DNA of 64,000 nucleotides from the human T2T-CHM13v2.0 reference genome, Homo sapiens. The stretch lies in NCBI RefSeq assembly GCF_009914755.1, contig NC_060928.1; one strand, 5' to 3'. The stretch's first letter is position 1; every line of letters starts with the position of its first letter. The notes beneath the pieces are model-generated. The model was not told the origin of the DNA. It saw nothing but the letters and a program-made list of their open reading frames with translations, and ran no database searches. Made by a program: the position numbers and the translations under genes. Of the stretch, positions 27,591 through 45,299 are shown piece by piece.

Positions 27591-28694
27591 TAATAAGAAT
27601 AAATTATTAATTAACTAATAATTAATTAATTAAATTAATAAGAATAACCCACTTAAAGCAAAGCATTCCTCCTTTGCCCTCTCCTCAGAGGCCTCTAAGC
27701 ACAGACGTACTTAAATGTACTTACATTTTATATTAGCATTAGACCCTGAGAATGAAAGGAAGTGTTCCTCAAAGCATGTGAGCCAATGAACATAGTCTCA
27801 TGACAGACTTTTTAAAATGACAGTGGTATAGCTGAGGAAGCTCCTACCAGACAGATCTGTCCAGGGATAATAACTATAAACTCTGGACAAAACACAAAAA
27901 GACAACTACTGAAGGGCGCTGGAGAGGGAGGAGAAGCAGGCCAGGTCTGGAAGGGTGTTGACTCTTAAGAAGAGAGTGGCAGAGACGAGTTTCAGGACGG
28001 TTTACTGTCTTAGCCTGAGAGCAGGCCACAGTTGACACCACAGAGCAAGAAGCGACTAAATCTCCCACAGAAAACCCTCAGTCTTCCTGGGCTGGGGCAC
28101 TCGTTCTGTCTTCCTCTTACTTGGTCACCCTCTGACCTCTGGCATCTGTGAAAGCCAGCATTTCTGGGTTCCTTTCCTTCTCTGACTATTCTTCCTGTAT
28201 CTCTTTTTCCCTCCTGTTTGTCTTCCCCTTAAACACTAGCATCCTCCAGAGCATTGCCCTCAGCTTCTGCTTAATGCATTTTCTCTTCAGAGTTCATCGA
28301 CTCCTGCTGCTTCAACTGCCACTGAGACTGCCGCATGCATGGCAGACCTCCCTTCTCAACCTCCCTCCTGGATCCCCTAGCTTCAGTCCTATGCCAATGA
28401 CTTGGAAGTTAAATTTTAAAGTCAGTGCTGCTCTGTCACAGAAGCCAAACATCATATTTGGTCACAATTTCTCTTGAAACTCCTTAGGAAAGCAACATGT
28501 TGGATTTCTCATTTTTCTCCATTTCTTGACCTGCTTTCACTGTTGAATTCAACTATGATTCCATTGTATTTGGTTGTCCCATAAGTATCTCTAATACACA
28601 AATCAACCTTCCAATCTTTATTTCATCTGCCTGTATCAGACTCCTGCACCTTTACTTCCTATGTTAACAGGTAGTATCAAAACTAACCTGGTTA

Positions 28695-32703
<4,009 letters not shown>

Positions 32704-34244
32704 AACCTGGTTACCCAAGCCAGAAATCCAGGAGTCAGCCTTGACTCCTCTCTCCCTCACACCAAAATCCAATCAGTCTTGATTTCTGTTGATTTTAATG
32801 CATCCAATGCCTTATTTCAAACACTCATCACCTTTTACTTAGACCAGAGTCAGAGCCCCGAACTGGTCTCCCTCTGCCTTCATTTCTTTCTGCCTCCAGT
32901 ACTCTGTAGTGTATCCAGTTCTACCGCCTTTTGCAAATGTAAAATAATCAGAGTTCTCCTTTCTTGGAAAGATCCTCCAGTGGTAATCCACCACCCATAG
33001 CAGTGTTTTGTAATCATTTTTATAGCAGATCAATGTTATTTTCAAATAAATATCATAAAAAGCCTAATATCTATTAATAGATATGAGCTGAATTTTATTG
33101 TGGTTAACTTACTTTATAAGATCTAAGTGTGTAACTTCTATAAACCAGTAAGAAAATAATAGGGAGGTTTGGCAAAACTTAAAAATTCAAAATCATTGGC
33201 AATGCAATTAGATCAGCATCGTCTTGATATTTATTTCTCTGTTTTATTTGATTGCACATATTTTTTGAAATCCTGATTCATATCATTAGGTAGCCACCAG
33301 TGATAATAGTTTATTGCTTTTTCCAAAAAGTTCACTTTTCAAACTTTAAGTATCATTCACTTAGAAAAAGATAGCAAGATGCAACTAATGAGCTAACTAA
33401 TGAGTTAACCTGTCAGCACATATTACTTGGTTTCTGGTTTTTACTTGGTTAAAAATGTGGTATGTAATATTTAGTTTGAGTGTGTTTTTAAGATTTTTTT
33501 TTTTAATGAAAGTCAAAGCAAACATTTGTGCAATCCTTAAGTCTCCTCCTTAGAACCTTGTTACCATGGAATAGAGTTTGAAAACCAGTGATCTAAAAGC
33601 TAAAGCCCAAATTCCTTAGTATTTAGTATGAAAATGTAAGATGCTGTTTAATTTGGACTTTATTGATCTAGCTGCATTTCCCACCACTGCCAAATTTTCA
33701 CCCAGTTTTCTAAATCTATGTTCATCTTTCAAGGGGTTATAGTTTTGCAGTAGTTATTTTCTCTGCCAAATGTGACTCCTGAACTACTGTCTTCTAACCT
33801 AAATTTCTATTAACTTAATTCCGAAGTTAACACATTAACTCTCCATGATGCTTTCTTTGAATGTGCCCATGGGACCTTGTCTATACACTTCTATCTTAAA
33901 CACGTGTTGCCTTGTGTGATAATCATCACTTCCTCTCAACTGTGAGCTCCTAAGAAAGGACTAATTTAACCATCCTGGAGTTCTCAGGAACTTTCAAAAT
34001 GCCTGCAACCTAGTAATCATTCCTTAAATGTTTTAAATTCATAAACTCATTCATTAATATTAATAATAATAACCAGTAGAGTGGTTACAGTAGCTGAAAC
34101 TGCAGATTTGCATAACGTCATCAAAAGATAATCCTCTCATTGACTGACACTTTGGGTTAAATAAGTACTAAGTAGAAATCACTCTTCTAGATCATGCTAA
34201 TTTTCACTTTAACTTCATTTTTATTTAATAATGGCCTCACCCAC

Positions 34245-34389
34245 CAACATAGGAAAGCAGGATCACCAGCAAGAGAACGAGAGCACAGATACATGGAATC
34301 AGGACCAGCAATAGGAACCGGAGGAGGTTAGCAGTCGCCAGCTTCTGAGAGCAGCCATTGCCCATGTTATTGTCATCAGCTCTCAAGAC
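34245..34389 (-). CDS. CORIN: CORIN coding exon 2 (about aa 22-70): distal cytoplasmic tail with DDNN and Met30, plus the signal-anchor transmembrane helix
   Basis: Minus strand reads cttttactttag|GTCTTGAGAGCT...TCCTATGTTG|gtgggt and translates VLRADDNNMGNGCSQKLATANLLRFLLLVLIPCICALVLLLVILLSYV(G). This matches human corin as I remember it. Length 145 bp, phase 0 to 1, joining exon 3 in frame (G+GA = Gly). Confidence 0.97.
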
Positions 34390-36738
34390 CTAAAGTAAAA
34401 GAGGAAAATGCAACATGGTTTTAGTTTTACAATACATGGTATGAAATTTTAGGTTACAGCTATCCATTTAGAACAGCACATTCCAAAAAGATTTTACAGT
34501 TTGTGGTTTAGGGTATGAAATGAGCTTAGTCAACAAATCATGCCAATAAAGGAACAGATAACTGTACATCTACATTCAGGGAAGAGCAAACTATCTATTT
34601 CTGAAACATTTTTCGGAAGTACATAGGCTTTTAACAATATCCCATTTTGCTTTTTTAAAACATATTTGTCAATTTGGTATGATTCCAAAGGGCTATGAAT
34701 GACCATGGCAAAACCTTACCCTGGCCCAAAGCTATGACAGAAGTGAAGGCTGCCTAATACAGTGATAAAAAATTGGTAAGTAGGTGTAGACAGAATATTA
34801 TCCAGACTTCATTCTTTTTTGTCTCATTAGTCTAAACCAAATGTGAATGAATCTGGATAAAATAAGTTTTTGGCCATTAATAATTCAGCCAGGCTCACTG
34901 TTACTGACCATGCATTTAGTGACAAGTTGAAATATAAGGAGGAGCCTGCCTGATTGCCAATTAAACGCTAACAACTCTGAGGACATCCTCGGCTGCCCAT
35001 GCTACCCCTGCAGCCCATCCTGTGTGAGAGGATGTCAAAGTGCAACAACGACGGTTCAGATAAAGTTCTTGTCTTCAAATGCTTCAAATTTTGCTTAGTT
35101 CAATCTCTTGCCAGAAATGATATCTGGAAATTCATTTATTACAGATGGCTAGCTTAAAGCAGTGACTTCAAAAAAACATCTGAGATGGTACTAAAAGGGC
35201 TTTGAATAACTACAAGAAACTCTCCGAGTCTCCTTAATGAAGGCATTTCTCATGATTCTCTCTTGGACTTCTGACTGCATTTTCTCCTCTGACAGTTTCA
35301 GAACTTGAACTATAACCTCAGTGTAACTACCTCCTGAATCTCTCTTGCATCCTGTACTCCTTTCAGAGTTACACTACATATTTCCAATGCCTGGTGGGTA
35401 GCAGCGTCTCTTTTTAACAAGTCCAAAATTAAGACGAACCTTCTCTCTCTCTATCTTCAAACTAGTTCTTCTCCTGACTTTCATATTTATGTTTACAGAA
35501 ATTCCTCCATTCCAATATGGGGAGTGGAGTCCAAAGACTCCCCATTTCATCATCCCCCTATGCCGTACATCACCAGGTTTTGTTGGTTCTTCCTCTTAAT
35601 AAATACCAAACTTTTTTTAAAAAAATGAATGACCTTTGAGAAAGAGCCTTATAATAATCAAGAAGTTGTTCTAACACAATGGCCCTGTAATATTCTCAGG
35701 ACTTCCTGACGAGTATTTGATTATTTCCCGTGGATGCAAAGGCAATTTTGAAGGGTTCTTCTGAATTGCAAGGCATATGTGATTCCCATTTCTGCTTTAT
35801 TCTCTCTATAAGGGAATATAGGTTCACTAACCCATATTGCAAGCAGTGTTCACTACATAATATGATGACACCTTCTGTAATTTTAAGAATTCTCCATGAG
35901 AGACATTATTTGAAGTAACTTGTGTTGTTAACTTGAGAAGAACTTCATTTCCTAGGTTAATGTCTTACTGATCCATTGTACCTGGATTAAGCTACCAGCC
36001 AATGTGTTATAATTTATAGTTAATTTACAACTGATCTTCAAGAAGACAATTGATCTTCAAGAAGATAAGTGTACAACACTTACCTACAAAAAAATCAATC
36101 AATAAATAAAAGTGTGGGACTACAGGCCAACAAAGTTAGTGGCAGAAACAAGTTGATACTTGTTTATTTTACTTAGTTATTGAATACCTACTAATTATAA
36201 TAATAGTGATGGATACGACAATGACTTCAAACCACTGTCTCTCAAAAGCTCACAGTCTTGTAGGAGAGATGAAATGTACATGACTATATTGCAAGGTAGC
36301 AAATGATAAGCACCATGACACTTATAGCTAAAGTGATATAAGAATTCAAAAGATAGAAATACGATTTCTTGCTGGAAGATCACGTAAGACATTGTAGAGA
36401 GAGCAACCCTGAATCAGCCATAATTCTGAGAAAAGTACCCCTGAACAAGTCTGTTACGAGTTAAAAAAAGTTGCAAAGTATTTAACTTCTACAACAGTGA
36501 AGAAGCTTCCTTGCTAAGGTGATCACAGAAGCATTATAGGAATAACCTTGGCTCATTGCCATCTGGACTCCTGGAGCCAGATACATCTCATTTAGCATTT
36601 ATAAGTAAAGAGTCAGTGGAGAAAATGCTAGAGGCCCATTTTAATATGTCATCTAAGTAGATATCAAGTACTGGACCTCCAAAAACAATATTCATGATTA
36701 GACCAAATATTTTCTTCAGTGACAAGAGAATTGATTGC

Positions 36739-37047
<309 letters not shown>

Positions 37048-37459
37048 AGAGAATTGATTGCTTTTTTCAAAGGGAGAGGAGGAAGAAATAGGTAGGAGAA
37101 ATTCAATACTTCAACACTTTCTTCTTGAATAACTTGCATAACTTTCCTCTTGCACTCATGGCCACTTAGGACTGTTGCAAATGCTACATTATGCACAGGC
37201 CCTTGGAGGTTCCTCTGAACACAAGGCAACTCTCAGACTTCACTGTTGAGTAAATGCCAGGTGAAATAAACAACCAGAATCATCCTTAAGCTTTGTTTCA
37301 ATGGACTCTAAACAATCCTCCCTTCAAATGGCATCCCTCTTCCACAAGCACCTTCCTCAGCCTTGAAACTAAGCTGAGCACAGGCACAGCATTCCATGGC
37401 AAGGGTAGGGAACGATGCATCTGATTGGACCTGCACATATTTGTAAAGCATGTCATTCT

Positions 37460-37785
37460 TTTGTGTTTTGTTTGTTGTTGTTTTTATTTTTGGTTTTGGT
37501 TTTGGGCTTTTGTTTGTTTGTTTTTGGTGTTTTGTTTTGTTTTGAGACAGGGTCTCACTCTGTCGCCCAGGCTGGAGTGCAGTGGCATGATCTCGGCTCA
37601 TTGCAACCTCTGCCTCCTGGGCTCAAGTGATTCTCCTGCCTCAGTCTTCTGAGTGACTGGGACAACAGGTATGCACCAAACATCACGCCCAGCTAATTTT
37701 TTTGTAGAGACAGGATTTCACCATGGTGCTCTGGCTGATCTCAAACTTCTGGGCTCAAGTGATCCACCCACCTCAAGCTTCCAAA
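37460..37785 (-). mobile_element. AluJ with a degenerate T/G-rich tail, 5' end missing
   Basis: gagacagggtctcactctgtcgcccagg...ctgggctcaagtgatccaccc. Confidence 0.85.
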
Positions 37786-38848
37786 TGTTCTTATGTTTTA
37801 CTAATCTTGTTACTGAAAATGTGTTTCTTCTATCTTAAGAACTACATTTATTTTAAAAACTGTCATGTTGTTTTATATAATGTACACTGGCACAGTGTAC
37901 CATTGTACCACAAGTGTATGCTATCTTGGTATCATTTGAGAGGTCAAAATTTCAGATAGCCAGTTCCTCCTTCTTGAAGCACTTTCTTCCTTTGGCTTCT
38001 CTTTCTCCTACCTCTCTGGTCATTCCTTCTCTTTCTGTAGGCTCAATTCTCACATTCACTCGCTCCCCAGGCAATGTCACCCACACATTTAACTTCAATT
38101 AGCAGCCCTCCATAGGTGACTCGCATCTTTAAATAACAACCATAGATCTTTCCTCTGATCTCCAGAGGAAGATTGCATTATATGCAACTGACCACTTGAC
38201 ATCTCCTCATTGGAGGTTGTAAAAGTAGCTCAAACTCAACAAGTCTGGAACCAAATAAACAATTTTCATCCCCATATCTGGTATTCTTCCAGGGTTTGTG
38301 ATCTCAAAAAAGGTAATTGCACAACTATCATGTGTCAGGCATTGTTTGGGCACTTGGGATATATTAATATGCAAAACGAAACTCTCTAGTCTCATAGATG
38401 CTACATTATAGTAAAAATAAACATATCTCTCCTGAAATACTGCAAATACCTCCTCCTATCTGGTTTACCTATATTTATCCATGCACTCCCTAACCTGTTC
38501 TCCACACTATAGCCAGAGTAAGAAAGAGGCTGTATTATCTTTGCATGATGAGAAAAAACAACGTGAAAAATGACCCCAAAGCTGAACTAATTCAAGAATG
38601 CAGAGCCTGGAACCAGAGCTGATCATGAGAACCATGCACCCAGAGGTTCTGGGGAGGGCTTTGGATTTACATTAGGGTGTACGAGGTTTTGAGTCCATTT
38701 TATCAAGTTTGCAAAGGTCAAGGAGATTATAGTTGACATTTCAAGTACATAAGTCTTTACCCTCTTTTACCTTCAGGCAGCATTTGACTTTGTCAACACA
38801 TGGTGCATTCCTGAGGGCACATCCACATCTGCGAATGGCAGACAATAT

Positions 38849-38947
38849 TTGAGAGCTTGTTTGGAGGTTCTAGCTGGGGGGTGCACCTACTTGAATACCC
38901 CTGACCAAAGGTGAGTCCTCATCTATCAGGGATGGTTGTCCTTTCAA
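38849..38947 (-). pseudogene. 7SK snRNA pseudogene fragment (about nt 140-240 of 7SK)
   Basis: ttgagagcttgtttggaggttctagc is the exact reverse complement of 7SK GCTAGAACCTCCAAACAAGCTCTCAA. Manual alignment to the remembered 7SK sequence gives about 80-85% identity over about 100 nt. Confidence 0.88.
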
Positions 38948-38952
38948 ATATT

Positions 38953-39002
38953 CCTGCCTCCTAAAGTGCTGAGATCACAGGCTTGAGCCACCGCGCCCAG
39001 CC
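38953..39002 (-). mobile_element. Isolated Alu 5' 50 nt
   Basis: gcctcctaaagtgctgagatcacaggcttgagccaccgcgcccagcc. Confidence 0.8.
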
Positions 39003-39067
39003 GAGGATTATTTTCTAATTGGTTGGATTACCTTTTGGGATAAATTTTACATCTTAAATATATAGAA

Positions 39068-39287
39068 CAGGGATCAGAAAACTAGTCTATGGACCAAACT
39101 CAGCACACCTAGTATTTTTGTACATACAGTTTTATTGGATACAGCCATGTTCATTTGTTTATATTCTGTCTATACTGCTCTGCTGCTACTACAACAACAT
39201 TGAGTAGTTGCAACAGAGATCATATGGTACTCAAAGCCTAAAATCTTTACTATCTGATACTTTATAGAAAAAGTATGTGAGCCCCTG
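39068..39287. mobile_element. MER58A (hAT-Charlie MITE)
   Basis: cagg...cctg termini; internal gttttattggatacagccatg...ttgagtagttgcaacagaga...aaagcctaaaat. Confidence 0.85.
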
Positions 39288-39546
39288 ATGTAGTGTATCA
39301 GTGTATATCTGCATATATGTGTATTTTTAAATTTGCATGTTTAATTTGATAATCAAACTAAAATATAAATTCTTTTAAGAAAATTGTATTTTAATCTCTT
39401 CATCAGGGCTTTTAATGAAATATGATATAATTGTACAGGGGGTAAATTAGCAGACAAAACTATTTGTTGCTGTAGTGCAAAGTTACTCCAGAAAAGGTTG
39501 AAAGATAAAAATAATCTTCAAAGTAGAAAAAAAATTATCAACACTA

Positions 39547-39863
<317 letters not shown>

Positions 39864-42800
39864 CTATATGCACTACATTAGGAGAAAGGAAAGCACTAGT
39901 TTCAGAAACATTCAAGCTGAAAGAGTACCACAACATGCATCATAGACTATAGGAACCAACAAATACTCATAAGATTTTAGAGCTAGAAAGTACAAATTTA
40001 TTCCTGCTTCTTTAAAAACACAATCATAGCAGAAGTCATACCAATTCAGTCTATTTCTTGCTATATATGCAAATATTGCCCTTTTCTCATCAGTGAATGC
40101 TCTGTATCTAGAACAGTACCTGAACACGGTCAGGAGTTAGTGGATAAACACTTACTGAATAAATGAATTAATTAAATTTCCTAAATAAAAATTACTTTGT
40201 ACATAATTATGCAAATAACTACTTCTTACAGAGTCTATTCCTAAATCATCCAAAAATCCTTCAAGTAGAAAATGTATTTGGCAAGAAGTAAAAATATAAA
40301 TAATAACCACAATTGCATACTAATATGATGTGTACACCTGTTGACTACCGCACAACTCCTTACACCTTGGAATCAGATCAGACACCACCACCCCTCATTG
40401 CCTGCTCCACATGGATTCTTTCATAGCACAACTTTTGCATAGCAACCGCCAAGAACCCAGCTTTGTGGAGACAGGACAATATCAAAAGGAATATAGCACA
40501 ATCTAATGTTGAAACTGTGAGCTACCTCAAGCTAGTATTTCATGTGATGACCAATAAATGTCAAGTATCGCTGCATTTGCCTCAAAAACTAAAAATATCC
40601 AGCAAAGTCCCTTGAGTCACTGCAGCAACCTGGAATACAACAGCACACAGTTTGGAAACCATAGTCCAAGTCCTTGCTTATTTATTTCTCCCAATACCTA
40701 ATTTAAAAACAAACAAAACAAAACCTATCCCTTGACCATTCCAAGGTTTTGCCAAACATATGCTGTCTTTAGCTCTGAAAGCAATAATATGCACTCAGAG
40801 AAATTGTCTACAAAGAGATTAACATCAGCCTGCTATTTCTTAAGGTACAGCATCAGACATAGAGATATGTTGATATTTTTATTTTAAACAAGATTTGTTT
40901 AATTGCCATCAAAGATCAGGCAAACTTGAGGCAGAATTTAAACTGTTTCTGATAAGCAGAATATTTTGAAATGTGAAGATTAATTCTGTCTGCCTAATGT
41001 GACATTATACCATGGATTTTATTAAATACCAAAATTATTCTTACCAAAATTAAATACCAAAATGTTCTTAAATAAACTATGTAGACTTAGTTAATACATG
41101 ATGGTTAGTCAACACAGTCTGTGAACTTTATTTAGATGTACAAACAGTACTTGCTAGAGGTTATCCTAATTCATATGCCAATCTGGTGGATTTAGCTAAA
41201 ATTCTATTTATTGTTTGAAGTTTCTGATATTACCAAGCCAAAATGTCAAACTGTTCTCAAACCAAAATGAGAATGTTCATTTTAATAGATGGGATTGTAT
41301 GCAAAATTATGGCAGAATTCAATGACCATTTGTCTTATCACAAAATATTTGCTTACAATGTTAAAAACAAACAACTAAAAAGAAAAAAATCATCCAAAAT
41401 CAACACTATGTATTGGCTTGAGACAAATTTAGTACCTTAATTCTTTAGGTAGGAAGATGATAAACTGCAAATATACTCTTCCATTTCAGCAAAGCAAGGA
41501 CCAGCCTCAAGGATAATAAAGTGACTCCTACTGGTGTGTCCTAAACAGGACACAGAAGCTCCCTCTAAACACTGTGGGGGCATTACAGTGTCACATATTA
41601 ATATACTCACGAATCTAAAGAAATGCAGACACTGAGACTCTACTTGCGGCTAGATATTCAACTTGGAACTTTGTCCTGCACAATCATTATGCCAAAATGT
41701 GATTTGTGTTCTTTTTTCAGTCATAGAGATGGAGTTTTTCCAACCCATCTCCACTCTGTCCGTAGAGCAAAAATTAGTCAATTGTTACCCCCTCATTTAA
41801 GATGAAAAATGGACAGTGCTAGATGCTTCCCACTCTGTTCTTAAGAAATTATGAAAGTGACCTTCACATGAATTAAAAGTAGATTTGTTGAGTAACAGAT
41901 TAATAATGTGGATAGTTCTCAAGCCAGGCATCTGCAATTCTCTGCAATAATAGCTCTCACTCAACCAACAAGCAAAATGCCTCCAAAATCATCATGTCTT
42001 TTGGTGTGATGTTTGTTTTTAATATCCCAGGAAGCATAAAGAACACGCATCTGGTTTTCAGTAAGTCTTTTCATCCCATTTTCTGGCATGTAGTTGAAGC
42101 ATATGAAGTTTAAATAACTCATGCAGTCTCTCAAAATGAAATTACTCAGTTCATACCAGAACACATGGTACTGCAAGCCAACTCTGCCCACATTTTCCCT
42201 TTGAAAGTTAACAAAATAACAGCACCAGATAGTCCTCTCCCAAATTTCAGAATCACATATCCCAGAATGTAGATTCAATATGGAGACTAAATACCAACAA
42301 AATATGTATCCTATCAAGGAGACTAGATAATAATAACCCAGTACGCAGGCACCATATAACATTAGTGTTTCTGTTTTGAGGATACATTGTTTAGCTGAAG
42401 TCTGAACTGTGAGAGACGAGATTGGAATGTTTCAAAGGCAACTTGTACAATACTTTCTCAGCCACTGAAAATCTACGTAACCTTATAAAGTCATCTTCCA
42501 TTCTTAACCGTATCTCCGTATCTGCAAATAAGGCATGAAAAGGTCTTTCTCCAACCACAAATACCCCAAAAGTAAAGTGAAATTAGTAAAGCAAAAGAAA
42601 AATGAAAAAAAAATGTTTCTTTCAAGTTCAGAAAGCTCAAGAGTCCTGATTTTTTTTTAACACATAGTTCAGAGCTTGCTCAATTTAGTTTCCCTGGAGG
42701 AAAGTTATTATCTTTATTTAAATGAGGAGATATCTTCAGAGGCAACAGGAGAATAGTTTAGCCTTTTAGGTAAATCCTATTTTCTTCAGAGCACTGTAGG

Positions 42801-44059
42801 AGGGTCATATTTCTGTAATAGTTATAGAAGATGATTTTGGGAAGAAACAGTAGGCTCTCATTATCCAGACAAGATAGATAAATAGGATCCTGTGTCCTTT
42901 TTGGAGATGACTTTGCCCTCAATCTCAAACTTGCCAATACTATCATTTTATGAAAGACACAAAGTTTAAAGTAATAAAGTTTCCTTTTAGGTATATACAA
43001 TATCAGAACTCTTTCTGCATATATTGGAGAGTCTTAAAGGTCAGTTTTTCAGCCTATATTTTTTAAAACAATAGAGAATACGGGGGGAAAGAGAGTTGGG
43101 TTATCCATTTCTTGGGAAATTAAATATTTGATATTTATTGATAAAAATGTTCTAAATTTCACATCTTGATTATTCGTTACTACATCTCTAAGAAAGCTAT
43201 GGCAAAATCCAAAGGAGTCAAACAGTTAACATAAAGCCAAACCCACATTTCATTTAGCGCTAAGGAGGCTCCTGAATTTGTGCAAATCTTAGAAACTTAA
43301 TTGACTCACTAATCCTATAACAATGGAAATGTTGTGACTTTTAAAAATTGAAACAGATTGTCAAAGTGAGTAGCGAATTAAAAGATTGACTTTCTACAGC
43401 TGAAAATAATCAGGGAAAGCATAGAAGACAAAGTGGATTTTATGCTCTACAACAATTCATTTCAGGCATTTCAATGCAAAGTAAAACATAAACAGATGTT
43501 GAAAACAATTAACCTACTGAACCTACCTGCTGAAAAGGAATCCTGCAGTGAAAAAACACAAGTAATGATGTTATGCATTAGATGAAGCAGCAATTTCTTT
43601 CTGAATACCTAAAGCAAAAGATGAATTCCAAACTTAACATTCATCATATGTTTTGCTATAGTTCCATGAATATTCTAGTTGAAAAATGAGAAATTCTGTG
43701 TTGAGGTTTCCATTACAAAACACGTCTATGTGACATGTTAAAATCCCAGTAATTTGGTTTATTCCACAAATGCTTATGTAACATCTATTCTGTGTTATAG
43801 GGCTATAAAGATGAAGAAAACATAGTCCCTGTCCTCAAGGAGTTAACAGCCTACCTCCAAGAAGATATACAGCTTCACAGGTGACTTCAATACCCTATGA
43901 CTAGGGTAATGCAGACATGTAAAAAGTACAACAACAAATCAACCATAGGTGCAGTGTGAACTTTTGCACTGAAACAACAGTATTTCTTGAGCGTTTATTC
44001 CAATGAGCCTCAAAGCACATGTCTGTTGGTTGAAGGAGGAGGGGGGCCAAAGAGAAGCA

Positions 44060-44290
44060 ATGTAATTGATATTCCGAGAAGGACAATTTTTCACTGATGG
44101 ACTCTCTCACATATTGCAGGATATTTGGCATCCCTGGCCACCACCTAATAAATGCCAGCCATAGCACAAGCACACACACACGTGCACACACACACACACA
44201 CTCACACACTCATTGTGACCAACAAATAGCTCCTACTTTATTTCCAAATGTTCTTTAGAGTACTGCCTTCCCTAGTTGAGAACCACTTGG
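44060..44290. mobile_element. MER20-like element containing a (CA)n tract (about 44171-44210)
   Basis: attgcaggatatttggcatccctggcc...aaatgccagc...tagttgagaaccact. Confidence 0.7.
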
Positions 44291-45240
44291 GCCATTCAGC
44301 AATCATCTATTGAGCAATACGGTGTGGTCAGCTTGACTCTCTGGATACAAGGCACAGCCCTAAGTAAGCAAACTGTTACCCTTCCTATAGGCATTAATAA
44401 ACACTAGCTCTTTAGGTAAGTACTAAATCTTATGCCTTTTTTCCACAGAGGTATGGGACATTTAAAAAATAATAATCATTATGTCTCTTAATTGTGTGTG
44501 ATCATCACCCTACCTGGAACACAAAGAACACAGAATTTGAATGTCAACATCAATCGAATATCAATCAAAAAGAAGTGGCAGAATGTATTAAGTCCTTTAA
44601 AACATATACTACTAACTATATATATATAACAAAATATATATATATAATATATAACTAACATATACTACTCTTGAACCAGGAGTCTTGAGAGAGTATGGAG
44701 TGGTACTAGGGTAGAACAACACACATGGAGTGATTATTTCTTGATCTGGCACAGCATGAGGCTTTAAGCCTTGGTGGACCCATACCAAACATGGTCCATG
44801 TAGGACTTTAGACTTTGGACAGTCTCTGCAGCCTATGCCAGTTCCCAGTGTTTCAGCTGTGGCTGAGGTAGGATCAAGTTTTTAGCTTCTGGAGGTGAAC
44901 AGGACAAAAGGTGCTGCCTGGAAACTACAAAACAGCTGAGATTCTTTGGTTCTCAAGAAGTAGATGTGAGCTTCTAGTTTTGACTATTTGTGCCAGTCTT
45001 AAAATAAGTATTAAACTGAAGAAAGGCTGCCCCAAATTCTATTCCTCCTTATGTTGTTTTAAGCTACATTCAGGGCCATGGAAAGAAACAGAGAAGGGGA
45101 GATCTCAATCCTTAAGATGCACAGAATTTGTTCACAGGTTCTAGCCACCCTCTATCACATGATCCTAAGTTCACTCTGGATTTGTTAAACAAATAATCTC
45201 TGACCCGGTCTCTAGATTTCATAGACCTAATTCATGGATT

Positions 45241-45299
45241 CAGCTGTAGATTTACCCTTCTACAGCTGGTAGATTTACCCTTCTACAGCTGGTAGATTT
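45241..45299 (+). repeat. 23 bp tandem repeat, about 2.5 copies
   Basis: tagatttacccttctacagctgg at 45247-45269 and 45270-45292, plus partial flanking copies. Confidence 0.9.

Noticed and set aside
27590-27650. Palindromic-looking AT run (also 24540-24625 and 44600-44670)
   Set aside because: Low-complexity A/T sequence that self-matches trivially.
36027-36064. 19 bp tandem duplication, and similar short duplications near 33385, 47103, 55550 and 61355
   Set aside because: Ordinary replication-slippage events with no further structure.
41961-42362. 133 aa minus-strand ORF in CORIN sense orientation
   Set aside because: No recognisable homology or convincing splice signals; the length is compatible with chance in 64 kb.
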